A DNA stretch of 63,989 bases, filler included, from Trypethelium eluteriae (Eukaryota), in the NCBI GenBank assembly GCA_051942245.1. It is 3 parts of 3 records of this genome, joined end to end, with 100 filler letters (N's around TTAATTAATTAA, not from the genome) between each part and the next. Parts side by side here need not be neighbours in the genome. Positions count along the whole stretch, not along the records: positions 21,770 to 43,371 come from JAVECL010000467.1; 2 more parts are not named here. One strand, given 5' to 3'. Shown here in pieces: positions 25,006 to 37,989 of this stretch. The notes below the pieces were generated by a model. The model searched no databases. It saw only the letters and a program-made list of their open reading frames with translations, and had not been told where the DNA came from. The first letter of the stretch is position 1; every line of letters begins with the position of its first letter. The position numbers were made by a program, and so were the translations under genes.

Positions 25006-26026
25006 TGAAAGCGCCCAAGCAACAAGCTTTGAATTACAACGAGGATTTGAAATTGTTGAAATGGTTGGAAGTATGAATATCGTGGTTTTGAAAAAAAGAC
25101 CCAGATCAAGGACGAGATAAGTTGTAGTTGCGACGATATGAATCAGACCTTAGATATAAAGACTCGAAAAAGCAGAGAGGACGAGAGGAGAAGGAAAGTC
25201 GTTGCATGGACAGGGGATGAACAAAGATAACAATCAACAAGCGCCTGATTTTCCAGTCCTAGTGGCTCTTTCGAGGTCGGCGTCAGGATTGAGCCCCCAC
25301 TGGACGAAGACCGAGAAAGTATCAGCTCATCACCTGTCTTGAGCCGCAAAGTCTGCTGGATGACAATCGGTCGGTTCAGCGTCAAGCTCATCATGGACGA
25401 AACCGACTTCAACGTGCCCACATGCACGAGCCGGCCGTTCATGTATCTGTGAAACTCCATCGGCCGACGATCATGCTCTAGACGAGCACTAGAGCATCTC
25501 TGCCTGAAAATTTACGCCTTTTTTCGGAGTAACATCATGCAGCACTCATCTCTTGCAGTATCGTCCATAGCTGTTGCCCGTGTCTACGTGCGGGAGACCA
25601 GATAGACAATTAGATTTCGTGTATGTAGTCAGTCCAACCCCAGTGCCGTCGAGAATGAATCTATTGTCCCTTAAGCCTAAAATAATTAAGCCGGTACACA
25701 TACGCTCAACGATCCTGGGGATGTTCTGGCAAAAGAGTGACAAGGAGGTGTGGAGAATAGTGACAAGGATAGGTGGGACGAAGTGACAAGGATGTGAGGA
25801 GAGAAGGGACAAGGATGTCCGAAGAAGGTTTAAGAACTGTGCAACTGTGCAATCGCAGTGATAGCCCTCCAACGTACCGCGGGATGACGGGCTACCTGCT
25901 GATTGGCCAATGCTGAGTCGCCGCCTCCCTTCAACCAAGGGACGACTAACGCGTTATGCTGACGCTCGGATACACATCCGGGGTGCGGGTCTGCAGGGGT
26001 ACGTGTCATCAATCTGACCACCAGAG

Positions 26027-26140
26027 GTGCTACTCGTCACGCCAGCCTGCTGCTCGTTGCTCGTCAAGTCGGCCTGCTGCTCGTTGCTCGTCAAGTCGAG
26101 CCTGCTGCTCGTCAAGCCGGCCTGCTGCTCTTCAACCCGC
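26027..26140 (+). repeat. Imperfect tandem repeat, about 27-bp unit gcctgctgctcgttgctcgtcaagtcg (about 4 copies, some shortened)
   Basis: Directly visible tandem units. Confidence 0.85.
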
Positions 26141-27282
26141 CATACTCCTCTTCAACCCATTATTCTCATCTTTCAGCCATTATCCTCATCTTCATCCTAT
26201 CCTATCAGCACTTAACCCATGACTGTGGTTCAGGTACGAACTGTCAGTACCAGCAGTGCCACGAGCTATAGCTCGGATCGCTTGGACCGATTCTCGCCTG
26301 GCGCTTTATCACCTTTCGGCCAATCCATCTTTGCGCCAAAGCAACTCTCATCTCTTTACGGATCTCGATCTTTGCGTAGGGCCCCTACCTTTGCCTAGAC
26401 CTCTTGTCTCTACGCAAGTCTACCTAACTCTCCAGCATGCAGTATATGATGCTTGAATAGTGTTGGTTCATTGCATAGAATACATGCGTCCACATCGATC
26501 TACTTTGCCTTGTGTGTCGCTCATGTTGTCCGACAAAAGCTCTGATCTCTATTCCAGAATCCACCCAGAGACCCAACGCGTTGTACTAGCGTAATTGAGG
26601 GTACTTTCAGCTTATGCATCCCTATTCCGTCCCATCCCATCCTGTTTCATTGTTTCTCAAATAATTCTTCGTGCTGCACTATCTGGAATCAATTCAACAA
26701 TTAGCTACTGCAGAGTCGCCAGAGATAGAAGAAGACATTTGACGACAATCAATAATCCCTACCTATCCAATAACAGTCTGCACTTAGTGAACTTTGAGAG
26801 CTGTTATAAGAAAATGGTAGCATGATCGCGGCAATTGGAAGGCGATGTGAGCTCACAACAAAGGCATCACGCCCATCGACTCTCAGCTTTTCGTCGCTCA
26901 ATGTCTTAACCACAGTCACCTTGGCTGAGAGCTGCTTCATGGGATGTGCCATTGAGCTGTGAGCTCAAAACGCCCTTCTAAAGTTGATGCCAAGTTTAAC
27001 AGGTACGAATCATTCGTTGCACGTTGCTCACTCTCTTTACTGAGTCTCATGGAGCTGACATAGTCACACCAAACCAGAGCTATCGAAAAGTTGGAAGATA
27101 CTCCAAGAACCAGAGTCGTGTTCGTTGGCCATCTGTCAGTCATATCGCCCTCCTTCTCGTGCTTTCTTGAGCCGAAAAAATGCACCTGAATCTAGAGCTG
27201 TCGAAGAGTCAAAGAAATCGCAAGCAAACGCAGGTTGTGGGCGTTTGCCAATGTCATCCCAGTGGGCTAGCCTCCTATTACT

Positions 27283-27985
27283 ATGTCCAAAGAGTCAAGT
27301 CTACATATAGCCACCAGTAGAGTAAAGTGCGAGAACATACCGCTCAGCCAGCAAGATGTCGAGAAGATACGAACATGAAAATCTCTTGAACCAAATGCCA
27401 TTGGGCACACACTACGGGCAGTCACACGGTATATGGCAGCTACCTTCGCAAGGTGCCCAGTTTTCTCCAAGCATGAGTTGGACTCTCTTCTAAATCTCCG
27501 TGAAGGCACGCTTCGAGCAGCATATGGCGCCTAGTGGCACGATATGGAGGTTTCAAGGAAGACCTACAGCGAGTCTGTTGTCATTTTACTGGTACGCTTG
27601 AGGAGCCCGGTCAGCTTGTACTAAAAAAGCCTGTTAAAGATGACAAGATTGATAAAATCAGGTGCAGGAGAAGATTGAGTCGACTGAAGATCTTTGGAGG
27701 CTGCTGCAGGAATGTAAAGCGCAGATTATCCACACGCAGGAGAAATATAGGGAAGAAATCCCTCGAATTCATTCTCGACAGCAACGTGCAACGCAACGGA
27801 CCTGCAACAGACCCAATGTTGCAAGTGTAGATTGCCTTGCTTCAATACCACATCCCAACGGAGCCTATCGCCGAGTCGCAGGTTTGCTCGGATCGCCACA
27901 CAATCAGATAACATACCTCACCGATGCATTCAATCACAATGAGGAGAAAGAGCAGACTACGCAGACCCCCTGCGCATCTTTTTAA
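27283..27985 (+). pseudogene. Decayed spliced gene of unknown family
   Basis: MSKESSLH...EKIRT*KSLEP...AAYGA*WHDMEV...VVILL, then a gtacgc...aatcag intron into VQEKIESTEDLWRLLQEC; two in-frame stops in exon 1. Confidence 0.4.
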
Positions 27986-28183
27986 TCCTTCCGTCAAGAT
28001 CCAACTTTCAGTGCTTAGAATACAAACCACAACAGCGCGGCAAAGATAATAAGGTAGTGACTCCTCTGGGGTATAGACCTGGATTTCATTTGCATCGAGC
28101 TTTGGAGAGTCCATTGATGGCTAAGTTTGAATTGCACAGACAGCTACCGACGTTCCAAAAAAAAAAAAAAATTCCTGGGGGCT

Positions 28184-30438
28184 TCAGTAAAGAATATCGT
28201 CGTGGTTGGCGTAACCACCCGATCGGGGGTATTTGAGCAAGATATTGGCTGTCGCAACAATGATTAGGAACAATAGAGCTGGCAATGAACACCAGACGGC
28301 ATGTACAGTACTCGATACCTTATCCGTTTGGTCACCGGTTTCAGTCGCTTCAGAAGGTAAGGAATACGATCCAACACCCAGACCTCCATTGTCCGCGCAG
28401 CTAGAGTCTAGCCAGAGTGTGGAACTACTCACAGGTAAACCTCCGGATAGAACGCTCACGATCTCATCGCTCACGAGTTTCGCTAGACCGCCAACAGTGA
28501 GGGAAACTAATCTATCGATTACCGCGGTACTTGATCCGCCAGCCTCTTGCGGATGAATCAGTGCTACTCAAAAAAGCTAGCCGCGGCTCTTTCGAGGGAC
28601 GGATGCCACCGGAAGGCCCCGATAGGCTATATGACGCCCGGTTAGGCTGGGATTTGACGCTTTTTGATCTAAAGCTAGTTGGTTGTCTTGGCAACGTCGC
28701 AGACCGGGTAAGGCCTGCGATTGTTGGTGTCATAGGGGTTGACGTCGGAGCAGCGATGACGGAGATGGGCGGTACCCGGATTATATCAGCGCTTTTTGAG
28801 AAAGGCGTCGTACTAGTAGGTAAAGCAACATTCTATCCCTTGATAAGGCAATATAGCAAGTCATATATGCAAGTTGCTTTGTTACTGACATAATCTTGAA
28901 AATGGGTACCAAGAGTGAATTTACATGCCTGCGATAGAGGGGTAGCACATACTCCGAGCCGAATCCATGGAAAGCAGCTGCGAGGGGATTGAAAGCTGAG
29001 GTCTGTACATTTCTTCAAAGACGGGTGCCTATTCACCCCGGTTGGATTGCCGAGGCTCCGGATGTTGCAAAAGCTAGCATCTAGGAGATCCTCTAACTTG
29101 CAAGAAATACGCACTGTTTGTGGATTTATGATATCCGCAAGGTCCATCACCTGATATTTCCACTCTTCGCTAAATGATTTGAAGTACAACTGTGATGCCC
29201 GCTTCTTATATTCAGACCCATCAGAAACGAATGCGAATATGATACCAGCACTTTCAGCCGGCAGGTACATCAATCATCACACCTGAGAGATCTGCTGGAT
29301 CGATCTAAGGAGACAATTAGAATATGCTGTACCGAATGGCTTGTAATCTAAATCGGGACCGTCCTGCGTTCGTATGTCGGCTGATATTCCATCGTAATAT
29401 GTCGTACAGATGTTGAAGTGAGCACCATAGCTTGACGTCGTTGCTCACAAAGCATCAAAGGATAGGCGTACAGAAAGCGATGTGAACGTAATGCGCGGAG
29501 CAAACGACTCCACAACAGAGTTTCCGAGGATGGTATTGTTTCTTAGTCCAGTCGTAGTTCGAAGGAAGAATACTTGGATGTTTTGTCCGCTAAGAGTGCA
29601 AGACCCCTGAGACGAACTTGGTTCATAGCTGCAAGTTCTTTCGCAACACGAAATCGTTACATGGTGGAGGACTGGTTGGGACCGGAGTCATGCCAGGGAC
29701 AGTGGTAACATTCGTCGGTCTACCCAAGCTCCGGGAATACGATGTTTAGAGTAAACGGCATTCGCTGATATCGACAGAGCAAGTAGGAACCGGTGGAGCG
29801 TCCTCCTCGCTAGGTGGCTGCCCAATTAGCGCTGCCGGAACCGCATAGGTAGAGTCGAATCAGACGGTAGTTAATAGTGTAGTCGCCGTTGGAGTAAAGC
29901 TCCATGTCGCACGCGGTACTCCATCGATGGTCATGTAAACATCACCAAAACCTTGGGTAACCACACCAATATAGCTCCTGGTAACGACATTTGCGAGATA
30001 GCCGCTGAGTAGTCTACTGCTTTAGGCTTGCGCCCAGCTATTGGAGAAGCTCCTGTACGCAAAATAACTCGATCTACAAGCCATTTCTGGAGAGAGGGTT
30101 ATAGCCATGCCTGCACTTCTGCTCATGACAAGGCTTGCTTTCGAAGACGTCCTATCGTCACTCAATCTCACTTTTGCCGATGCTCCCAGTCCTTGCATGA
30201 TAAAGTCTCCGAGGTACGTGGCAGAGGGCCCGTCGCTGGTGGGATCAAGCGGCTTGTATGCTGACAGACCTTGTTGTAGCAGAGAAGAGCTCGATAAGGA
30301 CCAGGTAGCTGTACAAAGGAACATATGACTTCAGTGATTGTTGCCAGAAACTAGCTAGGAAGACTCACGTTGACAGAGCAGAAATAAAACGAGGATTCTA
30401 AGCACGAATAGCTGCAAATCCTGGTATGCTATGGGCAT
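28184..30438 (-). pseudogene. Pseudogenised secreted Ser/Thr/Cys-rich, probably GPI-anchored cell-surface protein
   Basis: Signal-like start (ATG 30438), GDVYMTIDGVPRATWSFTPTATT, CTLSGQNIQVFF...ITFTSLSVRLSFDAL, a Ser/Thr/Pro-rich segment and a hydrophobic C-terminus (LPALLFLIIVATANILL). Broken by multiple stops and frameshifts. Confidence 0.6.
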
Positions 30439-31940
30439 TTTCGATTATCGCTCGAAGAATGCCACCAGAAGGAGATACGCAGCTTTGAGAGGATGGAATT
30501 TACACAGAGCAAATGTCACCTCGTTGCATTTTGACTTGTCTGTGAGGCACGCCAATGATCTTACTGGCAATGATATAGGCGAGTATTGTTGACTATTCCC
30601 GGTGGAAATTTACCGATGGAAATTCACCGGTCTGTACAAGCTCGCCCAGTACCAGAGGCTGTATGACATGGAAGTTCATTCGTGCTTTGGATGTCTCAGA
30701 TAAAGACGGGAGCGGCTACGGTTCCATTAAGAAGTGGCGTCAAGCTTTGTTGGAAATATTGAGGCGCGGCCCGATTAGGAATTGTCAGCTGAATTCTCTG
30801 GTAAAGGGCAACAGGCATAGTAGAAAAGGGGAGGTGACATGATAGAGAAGGCAGCGACTATCTCAACAAGGTATATGCTCACTTACCTTGTCGATCGTGT
30901 TCCTCTGTATCAGGATAGGGAATCGCATGTAGAAAAATTTGGCGGCCACGAACGTCAGTTATCAGTGAAAAATTGAATGGTGTGGCAATAGAGCAATTCA
31001 GCAGATTTTTCGAATAACCTGGTTGCCTGATTGAGCGAAAAGCTGTCGATTCTTGTAACCTTCTGAAGTCACCTCATCGCCGTTACAAGGCAAGGTACCA
31101 CAGTTTCAGATGGAGAAAAGAATCGTCGAAAATTTCCACACAATTGGATAAAAGAATTATTCCCCAAATCTGCGTAAACGCACCATTTTTAAGTTCGGTT
31201 TCTCATTTCGTCCTTGTTCTCAAGAGCCAACAAAGCCACATGTAGGAAAGAAGTAGATAGTTTTCGATCGAGATACTAGGTCGGGGGTGCCGACTTGACA
31301 CAAAAAGCTCGGACCAGTGTCGCACAATTATCACACGCTGACTAAACTGGCGGACAGTTCCTGCCTCCATTCAACAATGCTTTTGGTGACGGCACCGAAG
31401 TTGCGACCCTATTTCCTCTCACGATCATCCAAGATCCCAACGACACGGTCGACAATCAATAGGAACGTCTGAATCCTCTCCCCCAAACATCATTGGCCAC
31501 ATACCGCAGGCAATCAAACAGTATATGCGAGCGAGGACACTCGAATTAGCCAGCAAGAATTGCAGGGGAAGTCTACATATAGGCGCTTATCGGGAATTTG
31601 GAGAGAGCATGGAAGCTGAATGAACGAGACAACCTCGTCTCAAATACAGAACGGAATGAAGCTGCTACAATAATGACATGATCAAAGGATCGCCAACTTA
31701 AGGGTATTCTCATGACAACGTGGATAACATGAATGCCGACGGCGAATGGCAACTATAACTCTTACTACATGCTTCTAGAACTCCATACATATACAAGCAT
31801 GCATACAAGCATTCCACAAACCTCAGTATCGATAACAGACGCAGTCCACAACGTCTAATTCAACATCGCCAGCATCTCCTCCCTGGTCGGTGCGATTGGG
31901 TAGTATTCCCAAAGCCAGAACCTTACAGGTTCTCTGAACG

Positions 31941-33064
31941 CTACGAAGACTCAGACGGTCGCGGTGCACTTCTAAGACCACGTTCCATACCTGCGTGCTC
32001 TTTCCCATTACCACCTCGATAATCCATCCGAAGCTCCTTGCCGTACCTCTCGGTATCTTGCTTATGCGGTTTCGGCTGCGGTGACTCGCTCGGATCCCCT
32101 GCCTCAAAAGCCTCCAACTCCACCGAGCGGCGACTTCCCCTAGAACGGCGGTCATCGCGATTCGCTCCTAGGGCGGTTGCGCCGCAATTGAGGCAGACGA
32201 TGTTATGGCCATAGGTGTGCAAGCCGACGCGGAGATCTTGTAGCATCGAGGCCTCGACATCGTGGCCTTGTCGGCGACGGCGCTCGCGTTCACGCTGTCC
32301 CCGCCGGATTGTAAACCAGAGCGAGATGACGGCCAGGACGAAGAGACTGAGAGGAACGGAGATGGAGAGCGCGATGGTGCCCTTCTTGCTTAGAGTAGAT
32401 GATGAGGATGGGCTTGGTGATGGGGTAGTAGCCGATGATGAAGATAAGGGTGATGTTGGTATTGAAGCTGAGACTGGCGGAAGGGACGGGATTAACGATG
32501 AGAAGGTCGTCGGCAATATCGAGGAATTGAAGGATGTGGATGAAGTTGGTGACAAGGATGGATCTGGCGAGGGAAGCGAGGCTGACATTGGAGACGTCGG
32601 TTCAGCTGCTGGCACAAGAGTGGATGAGACAGCAGCAGTACAGCCACCACACTATCATTGTTTCAGCACAGGACTGATTGTTGTGGAGATGTCTTAAAGG
32701 GGATGAAACTCACGTTGCCACCGCTGGCATCTTCAGCCACGCTCATGAACTCGTCTGGAGGTAATGCATTTTCTACTCCAGAAGCTTGGCAAGTCGCATC
32801 CCAGAGCTCCGCTGTTGCGTTCGCCTCCTCGGGCCCACAAGAACCGCCGACACAGGTCGCGATCGACCTCTCAATATTAATATCGGGACATAGACATCCA
32901 CTGACGGCGGTATGCGTAGATTCGTCAGTGCAGGGGGAAGACGAGTAGAAGATTTCAAGACATGACTGAGCGCAGCTCCCGTATTCCGAGAGGTCTGGAC
33001 TGACTGCGGAAAGAGCCGCAGGAATAATCGTCAGCCAATATAGCAATATGGCCAGAAAGAGCAT
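31941..33064 (-). CDS. CFEM-domain single-pass membrane protein (2 exons)
   Basis: ATG 33064 MLFLAILLYWLTIIPAALSA signal; CFEM-like Cys pattern CAQSC...C...CLC...IATCVGGSC...TC. A phase-0 intron 32652-32713 joins GGN|CGGCTAAVSSTLVPAAEPT to a Ser/Pro stalk, TM helix and tail. Confidence 0.8.
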
Positions 33065-34674
33065 GTTGAATGCCTTATCGAAAAGACCTGGTGTAGTTAA
33101 AACACTGAGGAACATGTATATGAGAAGATCAGACGAGGAATAGCAGCAGTCAGAGCCACGAATGAAAGTAAGAAAGACTTCTGTGGCAGAACACCATGGA
33201 TTGGACCTCTCATCTGATAAGAATGAAAAAGGGAAAAGACGGATATGTAAACGGTAGAAAACCTTCACACTTCCAGTCTTGCAAGGTATGATCCTGAGAC
33301 GAGCCAACGGACGAAGGGGGCAGAAGCTATCGCTCATCTCTTCGTCGATCAACGCGTACGATCTTATTCTGAGAAGACGTATGGCGTGGATTTCTAGACC
33401 TACTTCCGAAGCTTCCTGTGGCAAATTACTGGGGTAGTCGGCATTCCTCCGCCGAAATGCTCATAATCGATTGACCTGCCGTTCGGGATGTCCAATCCTT
33501 GCCGAAGGGTTGTGCATGCGGCAGCATTAGGCAGACTTGGGACTGGTGTATAGCCCCAAGTCAAATTCAGACGGAAACAAAGGTGACGTTATCGACGTCA
33601 CAAGGGATTTCCGCGGTCCTCGTGAGCGCCACCAAGCCGACGTGGATGCATCCCAGGTGTCAGCCTGCTGTATTGGGGACCTTGGTGAAGGTGATAGATA
33701 TGGAGATGATTCCTTGGAAATCCAATGCGAGAAGGAACGCGAATGGCGCTGAGACGGCAGCGGGTGCTAAGGCACTGGCCGAAGGTACATCGGTACATGG
33801 ACTCGTCTATGCAAGACATCATACGGTCCAAATAGGCTTGCTTAATTAAGGAGAAGCCTAGAACAAATGAGCATTGTCCCAGGGTGAGGGCATTGCTTAC
33901 GCCGGCACGACTTTCCACCGCTAGAAGTGCAAGAGGCATGGTCCGTCTCTAGCTGCCATGCTCTACCTCGATACGACTGGTAAGCGATGGCGGAGGCCGG
34001 GCCGGCCGCTTGATCACTAGCCCCCGCCCCTCGAGAAGCCTCATAGGGATGATATGAGTTGAGGATTGGGAGTTTCCATGACATTGCCTGCTGCGGTGAC
34101 TTCGAGTGACGTTGAGGTGCCAACGGCCAATCGAGGTCGCCGCTTCATGTCCAACCAGTGAAAGGCCGGCTCGATGTCGATGTCGCTAACTACAAGCAGC
34201 AGACATACCTCGGGGTGCGAAGTATCCTTGTCTCGAATGCGCAGAGCATTCGAGTCTCTGAGGCGCAGAATGTTCTTGGCTTGGAGGAAGCCTTGGAAGG
34301 GAGGGGTGCTAAGGTATGGCGTACTCGAGGCGAACGTCGTTGCATCGTTGCACCGTTGGTCGGCCGCCGATCTTCCGAATGGCAGGGGTTTATGCTTGGC
34401 GCGCCGTGCGAAACCCGGTGCTGGGGACGGGGGATCGGCAGCGCTAGGAGCCACCACGGTAGATGCCGTTCCAAATTACTGCGTTGGTAGAGGCTGCGCG
34501 CTCAGTTAAATAAAAGAGGTGAAAGGAGACAATCTGCCCATTTCTTCTGCCTTTTTCGCATCTAGGTGCCTAGCTCCACCGTAAGTACCGAAAGTCTCAT
34601 ACGGTCAGTCCAAGCTGAAAGGCTCAGCAACCAATCATCATTCCGTTCATTATCTTTTGTAGATTGCCTTAGGC

Positions 34675-37503
34675 CTAGCTGCTTGTCTTCGCAAATACAA
34701 ACTCGATTCTCGTCTCCGAGTCTTTCAGCATGTTAAGCAAAACTTCATCTTTGATGCCCGCTTCCATCCCTTCAACGGCTTCCGAGGCCAAGAGCGAAGT
34801 ATCCACATGATTGTACTGCATTAGCGTCTGCATCTTCTGCTCTTTGACAGTTGAAGCGCTCGCTCGCTTCACATCTTCCATGATCTTGCGTCCCTGCGCA
34901 TTGGCATCCAATTGCGATGCTGTTATGAGGGTCGGCAGTGTCAGAAGGTCCTCGTCGCTAGCATCTGTCTGGGTTTCGCTGTCATTGTCCGTATTCTCAT
35001 CATCACCTTTGACTCCGCCCCTTTCCATCTCTACACTGCCACCGCCTTTACCCCCGCAAAAACAGCCCAATAAGTCGTGCGTTCGACATCCACCCCCTTC
35101 CTCCAATCGAAATAAATCCCTCAACTCCTCTCTCGAAAACCCCTGCGCGCTCTTCTTCCCATCCACTACCGCATCCGCGAGTCCCATCTTCATCCTCTGT
35201 CGCTGGAAGATCTTCTCATCCATGGCACCCTTCAGAATCAGCCTGTAGATGCTCACTGGTCGTTTCTGCCCGTCGCGATGGATGCGAGCCATGGCTTGCG
35301 CGTCGGTGGCTGGATTCCAGTCTGCATCGAATAAGACAAGCCGAGACGCGCCAATGAGGTTGAGACCTGTGCCGCCGGTTTTGGCGGAGAGCAAGAAGGC
35401 GAAGGTGGCCGAAGATGGAGTACGGTTGAAGCGGTCAACGAGAGACTGGCGTTGGGAGGTGGGCGTGGTGCCGTCGAGGCGAAGGAAGGGGTACGACAGT
35501 GAGGAGAGTAAGGCGCCGAGCATGTTAAGAGTAGACGTGTAGTTTGACACAATCACAATCTTCTCCTCTGGACGGTTAGTGCGTATGTGGTGAAGGAGGT
35601 TGTCGAGGACTTGGAGCTTGGCGCTGGCGCCCGGGTATGACAGGGCAGACTGTGGTATGGATGACAACATCTCGCTCATAAGAGGACTTGGACTAGCGTC
35701 ATCCGAAACCTTAGACTTGAGAAGACTCGGACCATTGCAGACCTTCTTGAGAATGTTGATGAGCTGTAGTGAGGCCTCGGAACTTCCAAGCACAGAGCCA
35801 AATGCCGGTGAAGAAACGATGCTGCGGTAGACGCTCGCTTGAGCTGACGTAGGTCTGCAAAATAAGACGTACTCAGTTTTTGGAGGAAGATATTTTGCAA
35901 GTATTTCAGCGGTGCGGCGGAGAATGAATTGACCCGTCAACGATGCAAGCTCTGTACTCCGATCTTCACCCTTCTTAACATCGCTGGCTGATGCTTCAGG
36001 CTGGCGGCTTTTTACAATCGGTCCCTCAAATTCTCTCTTAAAGGTATTGTAGCGACCAAGCAGACCGGGATTGACGAAATCCACCATTGTGTAGAACTCG
36101 CTAAGGTCATTCTGAATGGGGGTTCCCGACAGGATGATTCTTCGCTCCGTGTTCAATGATTTGATAGCCAAGGCTGACTTATTCTGGGCAGTCTTCAATC
36201 GGTGGCCTTCATCCGCGATGACGATGTCGATTCCAGCACCCTTCTTCAAGTCCTCCTGCACAGATCGGAGCTTCTCGTAGCCAATGATCATGACTCTGTA
36301 GCTCTTACCCATGGTGAAATCCGTGAGCCGAGTCTTCTTGTCGTCCGCAACAAAAACGCCAATCCTTTCATTGCCGAGCCACTTTTTAAACTCCTTGCGC
36401 CAGTTGTTAATCAAGGTCACTGGACAGACAATCAGCGCCTTCTTAATCACCGGTGCATCCTCAAAGATGGGATTCTGCTTCAGCAGTGTCCACAACAAAG
36501 CAATGGTCTGCAAAGTCTTGCCCAGTCCCATTTCATCAGCGAGGATCGCTCCTTCTCCGGCGTAGTCTCGCATACCCATTACGCACTCGTACAGAAAGCT
36601 AATGCCTTGTCGTTGGTGTTCACGTAGACGCTTGGAAAGGAGCGGGTCTACAACCACATCGACGAGTCTTTTGCCGTTTGGAGCTTGCGTCGGCCTACAC
36701 ATCACTAAAGCGCCTTCGTCGTGAGGATCATGTCTTGGTACCGGGTCAGTAGCCTTTTCCTTTCTTGGTAGAATGGTAGAGGAGAGGAGTGGAGTCCTGA
36801 ATCCAGACATCGTAGCCTTGCTCTGAGATGTGGCCGAGTTGATTTTCTCTTGTTGCTGTGTTTCAAGTTTGACCCTCTTCGTTGCATTTGTAGAGGCTGT
36901 TGTAGGCGGCTTGAACTTGGCCATCGGCGCTTCTGGGCGGGCATCGGCTGCATTTCTACTTTTAGATGATTTACCTGCGAGGAACTCCTGTCGAGAAATA
37001 ACGGAGTCTACTTCGATATCTCTGCCGCCGACTGAAAGCATGGACCCAGGCAGAAGTGGTGCGGTACAGGAGGCCTTGCCCATCTCTTTACCGGAGCTGT
37101 CATGCAGCTTAGCATATCCACCAGAAACTAAAAGCACGCCATCTCCATCCCAAATCTTATTCTTCCTGTTTGTGAATTTACGCCTATGAAAGTGAGTGCG
37201 CAATGCTCAGGAATGATTGGAAGGAGTTGTATACCATAACACTGTGTAGAAGGCTTCTACTCCGGCATCTTGTTTGCTCGAGCTTGGCTGAGTACTCGTG
37301 GTATTGATGACGCTCAACAAAGGTTTTCGAAAGTTGTTCGTCAATTGTGTAGCTATTATCGAAGGCTGTACTACTTTTTCAACTTCGTCCTCTTCCTGGC
37401 TAATGCGCCGTCTTTTAGCCGGGTGAGCATCTTTCTCTTGTACATCGTTGAATTGTGTTGATTTGCGATTGAGCAGTGGAGGTCTGAAAGGTTTACCTCT
37501 CAT
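34675..37503 (-). CDS. RDH54: SNF2-family dsDNA translocase Rdh54/Rad54B (2 exons)
   Basis: MRGKPFRPP..., FYTVLW|RKFTNRKNKIWDGDG (Rdh54/Rad54B N-terminal motif), ILADEMGLGKT, DEGH, SGTPIQN, LLSAKTGGTGLNLIGASRL, QAMARIHRDGQ. Confidence 0.9.
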
Positions 37504-37555
37504 GGCAAGTCGTTGAGAGGGTAAAAAGTGGTCAGTATTTCAGGTCGAAGCAAGA

Positions 37556-37597
37556 GCGCGAGCCGCGGCGGTCGACGCGATCCTAGCAAACGCGAAA
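37556..37597. promoter_or_regulatory. Cluster of MCB/SCB-like ACGCG/CGCGAAA motifs upstream of RDH54
   Basis: gcgcg, acgcg (37575) and aaacgcgaaa (37588-37597), 50-95 bp upstream of the ATG. Confidence 0.5.
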
Positions 37598-37989
37598 TCA
37601 CATGACTGCGCACCCTTCGTCGCAGATGTCGATCCTTCTTCTGATCACATCCTCAATCTCTGGCAAGAATCTAATCTTCGGATAGATCAGGCTCTATGGA
37701 ATCGGCAGAAGCCTCCGTCCTTGCGTATCTACGTCAGTGGGTGTCTTGCGGTAGTATTATGGAGAACTACATATTATCCTTACTGATAGCGCGAATAAAT
37801 TTAGATGATGAAGAGATAACAATATGATTGATCCTCAGCGCCAGCCATCAAAGACCCAGCCATCCAGCAACGCTGTTAAGATCCCAATCAGAGCATTTGA
37901 AAAAACGTAAAACCCCGGCTACATGAACCATCAACTCTTAGCCAGCCATAGCTATCGAAAACACCTTAACTTCGCAAGCATAGTGGAAG

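Noticed and set aside
26027..26140. CRISPR-like array
   Set aside because: Units are contiguous with no unique spacers, the context is eukaryotic and there are no cas genes.
21770..34500. Intact Starship element
   Set aside because: No DUF3435 tyrosine-recombinase captain or defined boundaries are recognisable in the window.
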